Sequence record: NZ_CP020429.2
Length of the DNA: 64,000 bases
Source: a plasmid
Strand: one strand, 5' to 3'
Shown here: positions 20,471 through 29,768 of the stretch, piece by piece
Position numbering within the stretch: position 1 is the stretch's first letter
Layout: every line of letters starts with the position of its first letter
Position numbers and translations under genes: made by a program
The notes under the pieces: model-generated
Database searches by the model: none
What the model was told of the DNA's origin: nothing
Seen by the model: only the letters and a program-made list of their open reading frames with translations

Positions 20471-20538
20471 ACAGAGATATTATATACTGTAATTACAATA
20501 ATATTAAGTATTTATATCTGATTTCTTATTATACATTT
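20471..20538. repeat. 68-bp direct repeat copy 1 (upstream of bacteriocin gene 1)
   Basis: AACAGAGATATTATATACTGTAATTACAATAATATTAAGTATTTATATCTGATTTCTTATTATACATT; identical at 21435-21502. Confidence 0.85.
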
Positions 20539-20896
20539 TGTTCCATTGCTGTCATCATAGTCAATATCTCCTTTTCATTTTAGTTTGTCTCGTTGCAACT
20601 CTGGCATACTCAATATGTCACAAAAACGTTTACACTGAAGTGTCTTTACCTATGTGGTCATGAACATGCCCTAAAAATATTAGGTTAACCATTCATGTGT
20701 AAATACTAATACTTTCTGTTCGATCTCTTTATGTGAACCTTACAGAGGAAGGAGAAGAATACTTTATTATTTTGACTCGCTAATAAAATAAAAAAGCAAT
20801 GACAGACTTTAAAATTACAGAAGTCCATCACTGCTCATTGTTTCTGATTATCATATAATATTCATCGTAAAGTACGATTATACTCTAGAGTATGAA

Positions 20897-21067
20897 TTAG
20901 TTTCTATTTTTACTAAATACTCTAAAAGCAATTATGACAAATCCAAATAGCCCAATTATATTTAAAGTTTTCAAGAAAATGGTCTGGTCTTTAAATATAT
21001 TGATACAACCTAGTATTATAAAAAATATAAGAAGTATATTTTTTATAAAAACACTTAATATTTTCAT
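20897..21067 (-). CDS. unlisted 56-aa two-TM peptide, putative immunity protein
   Basis: MKILSVFIKNILLIFFIILGCINIFKDQTIFLKTLNIIGLFGFVIIAFRVFSKNRN directly downstream of Gly-rich bacteriocin gene. Confidence 0.35.
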   Translation of the reverse strand: MKILSVFIKNILLIFFIILGCINIFKDQTIFLKTLNIIGLFGFVIIAFRVFSKNRN

Positions 21068-21079
21068 TAGTTGAAAAAT

Positions 21080-21307
21080 TTAACAAAAAGTTGCGATACC
21101 AACTGCGCCGCCAGACCATCCGCCAATTGCACCGCCAGATATAGTTCCAACAATAGGAAAAGTAAAGGTACCAGCCCCAGATCCAGTTAAGAATCCTAAA
21201 CCAGCGGAACCAGCCGTTCCTAGGGCGCATCTTACCCATCCACCACCTTCAACAGAAGAAAGCTTAATATCATCCATAACTTCAAATTGATTTAACACTG
21301 CATTCAT
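21080..21307 (-). CDS. double-glycine-leader Gly-rich bacteriocin prepeptide (BlpU/class IIb-like)
   Basis: leader MNAVLNQFEVMDDIKLSSVEGG then G/A-rich GxxxG core ending in C. Confidence 0.7.
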   Translation of the reverse strand: MNAVLNQFEVMDDIKLSSVEGGGWVRCALGTAGSAGLGFLTGSGAGTFTFPIVGTISGGAIGGWSGGAVGIATFC

Positions 21308-21434
21308 AACGAATACCTCCTAAATAAAATTGCTTTATCTCGAGACATTTATAGTATATCGTAAAAACGTTTACATTCTATGATAATTCCTGAAATGATA
21401 TCAATAAAGCCTAAAATGTATGATACTCCTATAT

Positions 21435-21502
21435 CAACAGAGATATTATATACTGTAATTACAATAATATTAAGTATTTATATCTGATTTCTTATTATAC
21501 AT
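21435..21502. repeat. 68-bp direct repeat copy 2 (upstream of bacteriocin gene 2)
   Basis: see copy 1. Confidence 0.85.
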
Positions 21503-21587
21503 TCTGTATCTATCATTTCCCGTTATACTTGTACATTTTCTAATTTTTCTACTTTAAAATTTATAACAGTACGTCTCTGTCTGGAAT

Positions 21588-22895
21588 TCTGTCAATATTT
21601 TGGACACATTTTGGGAGGAAAGTTTGAAGGCTAGCGCTCTTCTACGAGATCATAAAATGAATTTTATAAGCTCGTAGAAGGAGTGCTATTAACTAAGCAT
21701 TTTGTTTTTCAAATTCATTCGGACAAATATAGTTCAGTTTGCTGTGACGTCTCCTCGAATTATAAAAACCTTCAATATACTTAAAAATACTATTGTAACA
21801 GGTCTGAAAATCTTTATAACCAACATTAGTTTTGGCGTAAATACACTCCTTTTTAATCGTAGCGTGAAACGACTCTATACAACTATTGTCATATGGGCAT
21901 CCCTTGGCACTATAGGAGTGTCGAATACTGTGGTGTTCAAGATAATCATTGTATTCCTTACTTGTATATTGACTCCCTCTATCTGAGTGAAGGATAAGCC
22001 CATCTGCTACAGTTCGCGTACTTAAGGAATCTTGTAGTGTTTCTATAACGAGTCGTGTTTCCATCTGTCTGGAAAGTCTCCAAGCAATAATTTTTCGAGA
22101 ATGAAGATCTAAAATACTTGATAAATAACATCAGCCATCCGAAAGTGTGTAAATATATGTCATATCAGTTACCCACTTTTGATTGATTTTATCTGTTGAA
22201 AAATCACGTTTTAACAAATTGGGGTATTCTTTTGCTTCTTGTTTTGACAATGAAGCAGGTCGGTATTTCTTTCTAACGATCGAACGAATATTTAATTCAG
22301 TCATCAGTTTTTGTACTCTCTTTTCGGAAATCTGGTATCCCTTTTCCAATAAATCTTTATGGATCTTTGGAGCACCATATCGCTTAGAAGAAGCAAGATA
22401 AGAGATCATAATCTCCTTTTTAAGAAGTTTATTTTCTTGATCTCGTTGGCTTGGTTGGTGGTTTTAAAGGCGTAGTAGCTAAACCGTGAAACTTGGAATA
22501 AGCGACACATCACCTTGATAGAAAACTGATGACTAGCATAAAGATGATCAATCATTTGGAAGATAGTAGAATCTTTTATTTCTTCGCAAAGAACTTCAAG
22601 GCTTTTTTAAGATTTCATTTTCCTCCTTCATTTTAGCCATCTCTTTGCGCATTTGTTGGAGTTCATGAAGGGATACATTTTGATTTTTAGATTTCCCGTA
22701 TAGCTGAAGTCATTTGTATATAGTTTAGTTGGCAACTCCGTACTCTTTGACTAGATCTGAAATAGGCTGTCCTGCTTCATGCAATTGAACAATTGTTTCC
22801 TTGAACTCTTTGGTATATTTTTGGCTCATTTGGACATCTCCTTTGGTTAGATACTAGTCTACCAAAACGTGTCCATAAAATCATACTAACATCAA
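21588..22895 (-). mobile_element. degenerate IS3-family element (orfA/orfB disrupted; pseudogene)
   Basis: orfB fragments 21693-22064 and 22131-22409 (DDE integrase core HSDRGSQYTS), orfA remnant 22440-22860 with frameshifts/stops; terminal IRs share ATTTTGGACAC(A/G)TTTTGG. Confidence 0.7.
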
Positions 22896-23128
22896 TACTT
22901 TATGGTTTTAGATGTAAATGAAGAAAAGATGATATCATGGAGGTATCTTTGCGCGAACATGATAAAAAGCTTGCAATAAAGTTAGAATAAAATTAGTTAA
23001 GGAACAAAAATCGACATTTCAATTAATAATTCATTAAAATAAGATTATTGTGGTATAATTGAATAAAAAGCTCATATATAGTGAGAGGTTGTATTATTAT
23101 GATGATTAGAATTTGTAATAAAGTTTTA

Positions 23129-23163
23129 TCGTGAATAAAGGGTATTTTTAGGTGATAACAGAA
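23129..23163 (+). promoter_or_regulatory. candidate LytTR (BlpR/ComE-type) direct-repeat operator
   Basis: GTGAATAAAG and GTGATAACAG 21 bp apart, about 90 bp upstream of pheromone gene. Confidence 0.3.
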
Positions 23164-23244
23164 TAATGGTATTTCCTAAAAAATTATTTCATATTGATCA
23201 TTTATGATATTTACAATAAAATGATTGGGAGAGAGGAAAATCTT

Positions 23245-23406
23245 ATGTTAAATGGAAACCATCGTAAAGCAGAAGAAAAGCACTTTGAAGTATTAAAGAA
23301 TGAAGAATTAGCCACTGTTCAAGGTGGAGGAATGTCGATTTTCAATGATATCAATCATTTCTTTTGTGATTTGACTAATTGTAGGGGAAAAGGGAGAATA
23401 GGATAG
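23245..23406 (+). CDS. GG-leader peptide pheromone precursor (BlpC/ComC-like)
   Basis: MLNGNHRKAEEKHFEVLKNEELATVQGG / GMSIFNDINHFFCDLTNCRGKGRIG; RBS gagaggaaa; directly upstream of HK-RR. Confidence 0.6.
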   Translation: MLNGNHRKAEEKHFEVLKNEELATVQGGGMSIFNDINHFFCDLTNCRGKGRIG

Positions 23407-23409
23407 TAA

Positions 23410-24735
23410 ATGTTACCTTATGTGTTTGTAGCGCTCATAACGGTACTAAATATTCTTGAGATGCTTTTGATGGCTTATCTGCCGTTTTACGCTACCTGTA
23501 AGCAACTGGGCTGTAGTATTGGTAAAGTTTATTGGCTTTTATTTTTTCCTATTTACCTTGTTGCTGTCAATTTACCCTACTTTTTTGAACCATTTCTTTT
23601 TATTGCCTATTTTTATATCCTTTTTCGTCTGGCTAATAAAAAGAATAGAGCGTTTTCCTTTTTTAATGCAGCTTTTATAGTACTTAGTTATGACACTTTC
23701 CATCGCTTTTTTCGCAGTGTCATGACTAAGATTATTGATTTGGATAGTCTTTATCATTTGTTTTTTAATTTTTTTTTAGCTGTGAGTTTTGTCGAATATC
23801 TGGTTCCTTTATTTTGTCTCATTCTTGTCTTAAAAAATATAGACCTTAGGTTTGATCTGCTAGAAAAAGATGATTTTAAAAAGATAGTCTGTAAAGCTAA
23901 TATTATCTTTATTGCTTTACTTCTTTCCATGACTATGTGGACTATTATCATGGGAAACCATGCATTTCTTATTAATACGTTTGGTTCAACCATTTCCTTG
24001 GTTCACCTGCTGCTCTTTTTATATGTCGCTCAATATCTTAAATCTCAACAAAATACTTACATGGTTCATCAAGAGATTAAACGACGAGAGGATGCGAACA
24101 AAGAGCTTAATCAGTTTGTTAATAAGCTTGGTAGTTTATATGATGAAATTCGAGGATTTAGACATGATTTTGCTGGTATTATAGCCAGTCTAGCTCCAGT
24201 TATCCAAGAAAGAAATATTAATGAGATAGAGTTAGTTTACAAAGATGTTTTGCTAACCACAAATGCAAATCTTCAAAAGTTAGACTATTCTGCCTTTGAT
24301 TTGAAAAATATTGATGATTTGGCTTTTAGAAATGCTCTTGCTAAAGCGATGTTAGAAGCTGAAAAACAAGGCGTCACTTTCAAGTGTGATGTACCAGGGC
24401 ATATTCCAGTTGTTGATATTTCTATGCTTGATATGATTAGGATATTATCAATCCTTCTAACAAATGCAGTTGAAGCAGCGCAAGAAGCTGATAAACCTCT
24501 CGTTGAGGTTGCTATAACAAATAAAAATAATGTTATAACAGTTATGATTTATAATACACGTTCAAAAATACCTTTAAATAAACGTCGTATTTGGGAAAAA
24601 GGTGTATCAAGTAAGGGAGACGATAGAGGATTGGGCTTGTATAATCTCAAAAAATTATTGGGAGATTATCCTCAATTAAGTTTAGAGACGAAAGTCGGTC
24701 AAGAGGACTTTACTCAGATAATGACGATTCAGTAA
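23410..24735 (+). CDS. HPK10-family histidine kinase (BlpH/ComD-like)
   Basis: 6-7 TM N-terminus; SSKGDDRGLGLYNL G-box. Confidence 0.8.
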   Translation: MLPYVFVALITVLNILEMLLMAYLPFYATCKQLGCSIGKVYWLLFFPIYLVAVNLPYFFEPFLFIAYFYILFRLANKKNRAFSFFNAAFIVLSYDTFHRFFRSVMTKIIDLDSLYHLFFNFFLAVSFVEYLVPLFCLILVLKNIDLRFDLLEKDDFKKIVCKANIIFIALLLSMTMWTIIMGNHAFLINTFGSTISLVHLLLFLYVAQYLKSQQNTYMVHQEIKRREDANKELNQFVNKLGSLYDEIRGFRHDFAGIIASLAPVIQERNINEIELVYKDVLLTTNANLQKLDYSAFDLKNIDDLAFRNALAKAMLEAEKQGVTFKCDVPGHIPVVDISMLDMIRILSILLTNAVEAAQEADKPLVEVAITNKNNVITVMIYNTRSKIPLNKRRIWEKGVSSKGDDRGLGLYNLKKLLGDYPQLSLETKVGQEDFTQIMTIQ

Positions 24736-24746
24736 AGGAGTGGAGT

Positions 24747-25496
24747 ATGCGTATCATTGTTTTAGAGGACAATATTCATCATCAGTTGCGACTAGAATCA
24801 GCGCTTTATGATGTTGCAAAAAACTTGAACCTTCATATTTATGTTGAGTGCGCTACAACATTAGAGGAGTTTGAAGACTATAAACAAAAGGAAGCTGTCA
24901 ACCAAGTTTACTTCCTTGATTTGGAGATTGATGGAGATAGAGACAAAGGATTTCAAATAGCAAAAACTATTAGAGAAACAAATCCCTATGCTGTTATTAT
25001 TTTTACGACAACTCTTTCAGAAGCTATGCCTTTAGTCTTTAAAAATCATGTCTCAGCACTTGATTTTATCACAAAAGACCTACCTGAGAAAGATTATCGA
25101 GCACGTGTCAAACAATGCTTAGAGCAGGTTTTAAAACATGGACAGACGAATAAGCATGAGGAAATTTTACATTATAGTTATCAAGGAAGACCAGGCATCA
25201 ACATTCCCATTTCAGACATTCTTTTTATTCAAACTTCTGTAAAATCGCATCGCTTAGTCATTTATACTAGTGAGTTTATCAAAGAGTTTTATGGTAGCTT
25301 GTCTGAAATTTTGCAATTGGATACGAAGAACCATTTTCAACGTGTTGACCGATCAGCTATTGTTAATGTTCAAAATATTGCTAGTTATGACTCAAAGACG
25401 AAGGAAGTGATGTTTTTTGAGGGAACCACTTGTCCTGTGTCACGATTACATTTAAAGACCTTAAAAATACGTATGAAAGAATTGGGAATTTTATAA
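24747..25496 (+). CDS. LytTR-family response regulator (BlpR/ComE-like)
   Basis: receiver + LytTR domain. Confidence 0.85.
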   Translation: MRIIVLEDNIHHQLRLESALYDVAKNLNLHIYVECATTLEEFEDYKQKEAVNQVYFLDLEIDGDRDKGFQIAKTIRETNPYAVIIFTTTLSEAMPLVFKNHVSALDFITKDLPEKDYRARVKQCLEQVLKHGQTNKHEEILHYSYQGRPGINIPISDILFIQTSVKSHRLVIYTSEFIKEFYGSLSEILQLDTKNHFQRVDRSAIVNVQNIASYDSKTKEVMFFEGTTCPVSRLHLKTLKIRMKELGIL

Positions 25497-25539
25497 TTAG
25501 AAATAAATACTAAATAAAGACTGTGTTCTGTATAACGGC

Positions 25540-25700
25540 TCCTTTCTACCATTTGTCAAGTCTATCAAGACTTTAAGTAAAAAAAGAGATAAGACAGTAG
25601 CTATTCTGAGGTTACTGTCTTATTTTTAACACTTTTTGATCCATAAATGGGCATGCTAAAAAAACACCTCATCTGGTATTGTTTGAAACAAGGTGTTAGA
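25540..25700. repeat. terminator-containing intergenic repeat (family T)
   Basis: TTGTCAAGTCTATCAAGACTTTAAG..AAGACAGTAGCTATTCTGAGGTTACTGTCTT..; also tandem at 31668-31960 and partial at 2462-2542. Confidence 0.7.
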
Positions 25701-25940
25701 ATTATAGGGCATAGACGACTTTAATGACTTTGGGCTAAAGTATAGTCGTAAAGTTTATTATGTATTATAAGATAATACATTGTCCTAATAAGGCGATGTA
25801 TAGAGGCAATCGTATGAGGCTTAGTTGAAGTTGTCTGCGATTGTCTTTTTCGTTTCTCATAGAAATCTGAGATATGGCAAGGATTGGTATGGCTAGCTGA
25901 AGCGATATTGTGAATGCACTTGAACAAGATTTTTCTGGCA
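25700..25940 (-). pseudogene. 3' fragment of IS110-family transposase gene
   Basis: encodes ...CIHNIASASHTNPCHISDFYEKRKRQ... matching C-terminus of full copy at 31986-33242. Confidence 0.7.
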
Positions 25941-26150
25941 TATGAGTATCAGTTTCAAAAACAAGAGAAATAATGATGTTAGGGTCTTTAATTCCGATTA
26001 ATTCTGTGGTATTCTTAATAAGTCTCATAAGTTCTTCCTAATGATGGTTTGGTTGCTTTTCATTATAGTTCTTATGGGACTTTTTGTCTGCATTCAAAAA
26101 GCTCTATAATCTCTACAGTGGTTTTACCCACTACAGAAATTATAGAGCCG
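25940..26150 (-). pseudogene. 5' fragment of ISL3-family element (first 29 codons + left IR)
   Basis: MRLIKNTTELIGIKDPNIIISLVFETDTH plus IR GGCTCTATAATTTCTGTAGTGGGTAAAACC; junction with IS110 fragment inside ORF. Confidence 0.7.
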
Positions 26151-26173
26151 ATAAAAAACGTAACGATAAGGAT

Positions 26174-27379
26174 TCAATTGTTATTCAATAATTTATCTTT
26201 AAAGTAGTTGAAGAAAGTTTTTTTAGCGATAACACTCACTACTTTTCCCTGCATACCATAGGTAAGATTTTCTCTATCTTGTGATGTTACATTGACTTTA
26301 GCGGTTACTTTGAAGAAGTTACCGTTTTTTGTTTCTGTTGTAGCTTTATCTAGTGAGACAATCTCTCCTTTTATAACTGTAGGAGTTTTTCCAACGGTAT
26401 TTAGTGTAAATCTTACAGTTTGTTGTTTTTTCAATTGGTTGATATAGTTTGAGTTGACATAGTATGTTATGGCTACATTTTTAGCTTCAGAAAGATTAGG
26501 ATAAATTTGTCCAATAACAGTTCCTTGAGGTATATAAGATTCGCCTTTGATTTGACTATTGAGATGTAGGACACCATTTGAGTTAGCGTACAGGCTAGTT
26601 GCTTCTTTTCTGATATTAGCTTGTTCAAGTTGGGCTTGAAGACTTTCTTTGTCTTTATTGACTTGATTAAGCTGTTCTTGAGCTTGTGATACTTGCTGAT
26701 TTCGCAGTGTCTCTATTTGTGAAGAAGCGCTATTATCGTAAGTTCCAGTGGTTACATTACTAGAAAGCTTCAGATTAAGATTGTCAATGTCTGATTGTGG
26801 TTCTTGATATTGGTTGACCTGTGTTTGTAGTTCTGTTATTTGTTTAGGAATACTAGAATTAGCTTTATTCACACTTTCCTCTTGCTTTGCAACTGTGACA
26901 TTGGCTTGATTAACTTGGCTAGTAATAGTAATCGCTTGGTTTAAAAATGCATTGATTGTGCTAGAGTAGCCAAATTCATCATTATCTCCGAAAAGATTCG
27001 TCCCTTGTTTTAAACTGTTAATTAACGTCTCTAAAGCAGCAGCTTGTCTATCATCTCTATCTATTTGCTGCTGAATACTATTACTCTGAGAAGCTTCGAG
27101 CTTATCAGAGTATTTAACGAGAAGGTCTCCTTTTTTTACTGTCTTATTATCTTTAAGATTGTTAGTTGAGATAATATTATTACTAGTAGATTGAATAACC
27201 TCGATTACTTTTGTTGGCGTGATTTCCCCAGTACTTGTTACCGTTATTTCTGTATGAGCAAACAAAGAAAATAATACAATGAATAAGACCAGTAGCGTCA
27301 AAGGTAGCACGAGTATAGTAGCAAAGTTATGATAACGACGTTGGTAGAACTCCGCTGATTGAAATAAGTGGTTGTTCAT
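26174..27379 (-). CDS. bacteriocin secretion accessory protein (BlpB/ComB/LcnD, HlyD-like)
   Basis: N-terminal TM, long coiled-coil, C-terminal beta domain; downstream of C39-ABC gene. Confidence 0.8.
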   Translation of the reverse strand: MNNHLFQSAEFYQRRYHNFATILVLPLTLLVLFIVLFSLFAHTEITVTSTGEITPTKVIEVIQSTSNNIISTNNLKDNKTVKKGDLLVKYSDKLEASQSNSIQQQIDRDDRQAAALETLINSLKQGTNLFGDNDEFGYSSTINAFLNQAITITSQVNQANVTVAKQEESVNKANSSIPKQITELQTQVNQYQEPQSDIDNLNLKLSSNVTTGTYDNSASSQIETLRNQQVSQAQEQLNQVNKDKESLQAQLEQANIRKEATSLYANSNGVLHLNSQIKGESYIPQGTVIGQIYPNLSEAKNVAITYYVNSNYINQLKKQQTVRFTLNTVGKTPTVIKGEIVSLDKATTETKNGNFFKVTAKVNVTSQDRENLTYGMQGKVVSVIAKKTFFNYFKDKLLNNN

Positions 27380-27389
27380 AAAACTCTCC

Positions 27390-29528
27390 TTACTTGAATA
27401 AATGGTAGTAGAAGCCTTGTTTATTGATCAATTCTTGGTGACTACCTTCTTCAATTAATTTTCCTTTGTCAAGGACAATAACACGGTCAACCTGTTTAGC
27501 GATACTTAGTCTATGTGCGACAAAAATAATTGTTTTATCTGTTAGCTGCATCAGATTATTGATGACTTTTTTCTCTGTTAAAACATCTAGACCGCTTGTA
27601 GCCTCATCAAGAATCAAAATAGGAGCTTGGGTTAGTAAAGCACGTGCTAAAGCTAAGCGTTGTTTCTGTCCACCTGATAAGCCAGCTCCATCAGATAGTT
27701 CTGTCTGATAACCAAGGGGCATAGCTTCAATATCTGCTCGAATTTCCGCAATTTGACAAGCCATAAGGATATCTTCTTGAGTAATGTCTGGACTTGCTCC
27801 TAAGGTGAGATTGTCTAAAATAGATCCTGAAAAAATATATGATTGTTGTGGAAGGTAGTTAATGTACTGACGGAGTTGCTTTTTATCAATCATTTTCAAA
27901 TCCATATTACCCAGTCGAATATTGCCTTGGTTAGGCTCATAAAAGTTTACAATCATCTTTGCAAGTGTCGTTTTACCAGAACCACTGATTCCAACTAAAC
28001 TGACTTTTTCTCCTTGTTTTATAGTTAAATTGAGGTCACTTAGAGTGTAGGTCCCAAATCCATATCTGTAAGACACATCATGAAAAGTGATGTTACCAGA
28101 AAGTTTTGACGTCATACTAGTTGTGCCTTCAAATTCAGAAGCAACGAGATAAACTTCATTAAGACGTTTATTAGCAACCTTAGCAGATTGCAACTTTGTT
28201 TGAAGATTAATAATATTTTCAATAGGATTTGTAAAATAAGATAGCAAAGTATTGTAAGTGATGAGTTGACCGATTGAGATTTTACTATCCATCACTAAGC
28301 TAGCGCCGAACCATAAAATAGCAACATTTAAAATGAGTTGAGCACCGTGCTTTAATGAAGTTTGGACATTTTCATATATGCTTAGTTTGAAAGATTTATC
28401 GAGATAATCAACAAACTCGCTATCAATTTTTTGGTAACGCAATTCCTCACTAGTTAGTGATTTAATCGTTTCAATACCATTGATATCCTCTATAATAGCT
28501 GAGCTAACCATGGCATTACTTTGCATCACATCATGGTTCATCTTTTCAAAAGGCTTGAGAAATGCAAAAATAATGACTGTATAAATCGGTAAAGCTACGA
28601 GTGTCAAAAGAAATAGCTGTATATTTTGAAGCACTAGTACACTACCGACAATAAAAACGATACTAACATCTAGAAAGAGGGATAGGATAGTTGATGCCAA
28701 AGCATCTATGATGGAGTTAGCATCTGTAAAACGAGAGGTAATCTCCCCAGTTCTCCTAGTTGCAAAGAAAGACATAGGTAGTGTAAAGATATGGCGGATG
28801 TAGGATAAAATGACATCTATTGTCAGTCGTTGGCTAAGCACTCTTAATAGATAGGACTGGGAGAATGCCATGAGCTGCTGCAGGATATAGGTGATGACAA
28901 GTCCTAGAGAAATAATGCCTAGAGTTGATTTCATATTATTAGGAATGTACACATCCAAAATTCCCTGTAAATAATAAGAACCAACAATATTGACCAAAGT
29001 GACAAGCAAGCTAGCTAAAACAATATAGGTAATTAGTGTTTTTTGCTTTATGATTAAAGGGAGAAAACTTAAAAGACCGTTTTTCTTATCCTTGTGTGGC
29101 TTGTAACTAGGAGCTGGTGCTAAGAAAATAGCAACACCTGTCCATTCCTGCTTAAAGCGCTCCTTAGACATTTTAGTAACTTTTACACTCGGATCTGGAT
29201 CACCAATAATCAGATAATCTTTCTTAGCTTTATAAACAACATAAAAATGTTGCAATTTCCTTTCTTTATTGACATGGACAATGAACGGATAAGGAATATC
29301 CGTCATATCAAACAATTCCATATTTGCCTTAATTGCCTTGGTTTCAAATCCCATTTTTTTGGCAGCTTCAGTAATACCTAGGGCAGTAGTACCCTCTTTT
29401 GTCGTTTTTGCAAGTTCTCGAAGATGAGCTAGTGAGAAGTCAGAACCGTAGTGTTTGGCAATGGAGGCAAGGGCAGCGACACCACAGTCACGCATATCCA
29501 TTTGAGCAACATAAGCATACCGTTTCAT
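27390..29528 (-). CDS. peptidase-C39 ABC transporter for GG-leader peptides (BlpA/ComA family)
   Basis: N-terminal QMDMRDCGVAAL C39 motif, 6-TM domain, Walker A GISGSGKTT, signature LSGGQKQR, Walker B ILILDE. Confidence 0.9.
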   Translation of the reverse strand: MKRYAYVAQMDMRDCGVAALASIAKHYGSDFSLAHLRELAKTTKEGTTALGITEAAKKMGFETKAIKANMELFDMTDIPYPFIVHVNKERKLQHFYVVYKAKKDYLIIGDPDPSVKVTKMSKERFKQEWTGVAIFLAPAPSYKPHKDKKNGLLSFLPLIIKQKTLITYIVLASLLVTLVNIVGSYYLQGILDVYIPNNMKSTLGIISLGLVITYILQQLMAFSQSYLLRVLSQRLTIDVILSYIRHIFTLPMSFFATRRTGEITSRFTDANSIIDALASTILSLFLDVSIVFIVGSVLVLQNIQLFLLTLVALPIYTVIIFAFLKPFEKMNHDVMQSNAMVSSAIIEDINGIETIKSLTSEELRYQKIDSEFVDYLDKSFKLSIYENVQTSLKHGAQLILNVAILWFGASLVMDSKISIGQLITYNTLLSYFTNPIENIINLQTKLQSAKVANKRLNEVYLVASEFEGTTSMTSKLSGNITFHDVSYRYGFGTYTLSDLNLTIKQGEKVSLVGISGSGKTTLAKMIVNFYEPNQGNIRLGNMDLKMIDKKQLRQYINYLPQQSYIFSGSILDNLTLGASPDITQEDILMACQIAEIRADIEAMPLGYQTELSDGAGLSGGQKQRLALARALLTQAPILILDEATSGLDVLTEKKVINNLMQLTDKTIIFVAHRLSIAKQVDRVIVLDKGKLIEEGSHQELINKQGFYYHLFK

Positions 29529-29624
29529 ACATTATTTCCTTTTTAGGTAATTTAATTAATTATGCCATAATAAGATATAAATTAGGGAATGTTTGCCTAA
29601 ACAGTATATTTTTATTCCTAAAAG

Positions 29625-29662
29625 GGAGACTGATGTTAGTATGATTTTATGGACACGTTTAT
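29625..29662. repeat. solo IS3-family terminal IR remnant
   Basis: TGATGTTAGTATGATTTTATGGACACGTTT matches left end of IS3 remnant at about 22870-22900. Confidence 0.6.
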
Positions 29663-29663
29663 T

Positions 29664-29768
29664 TGTTTGGGTAAAATTCATACAACAAGTGATGGGTAGA
29701 ATAGCCTATCACTTTTTTTTCAGCACGCGCGTGAGTAGGACATCATGTAACTTTTAAACACAAAAAAC
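29664..29768. repeat. repeat family A, copy 2
   Basis: see 17607-17699; includes 3' coding remnant ...FVWVKFIQQVMGRIAYHFF of gene at 59356-59643. Confidence 0.8.

Noticed and set aside
20991-21239. 82-aa Trp/Arg-rich minus-strand ORF
   Set aside because: Alternative frame overlapping the Gly-rich bacteriocin gene; no RBS; an artefact of GGN codon runs.
25721-26028. ORFs 25721-25927 and 25765-26028 listed as 68 and 87 aa proteins
   Set aside because: They are read-throughs of an IS110 3' fragment fused to an ISL3 5' fragment, i.e. junction debris rather than genes.
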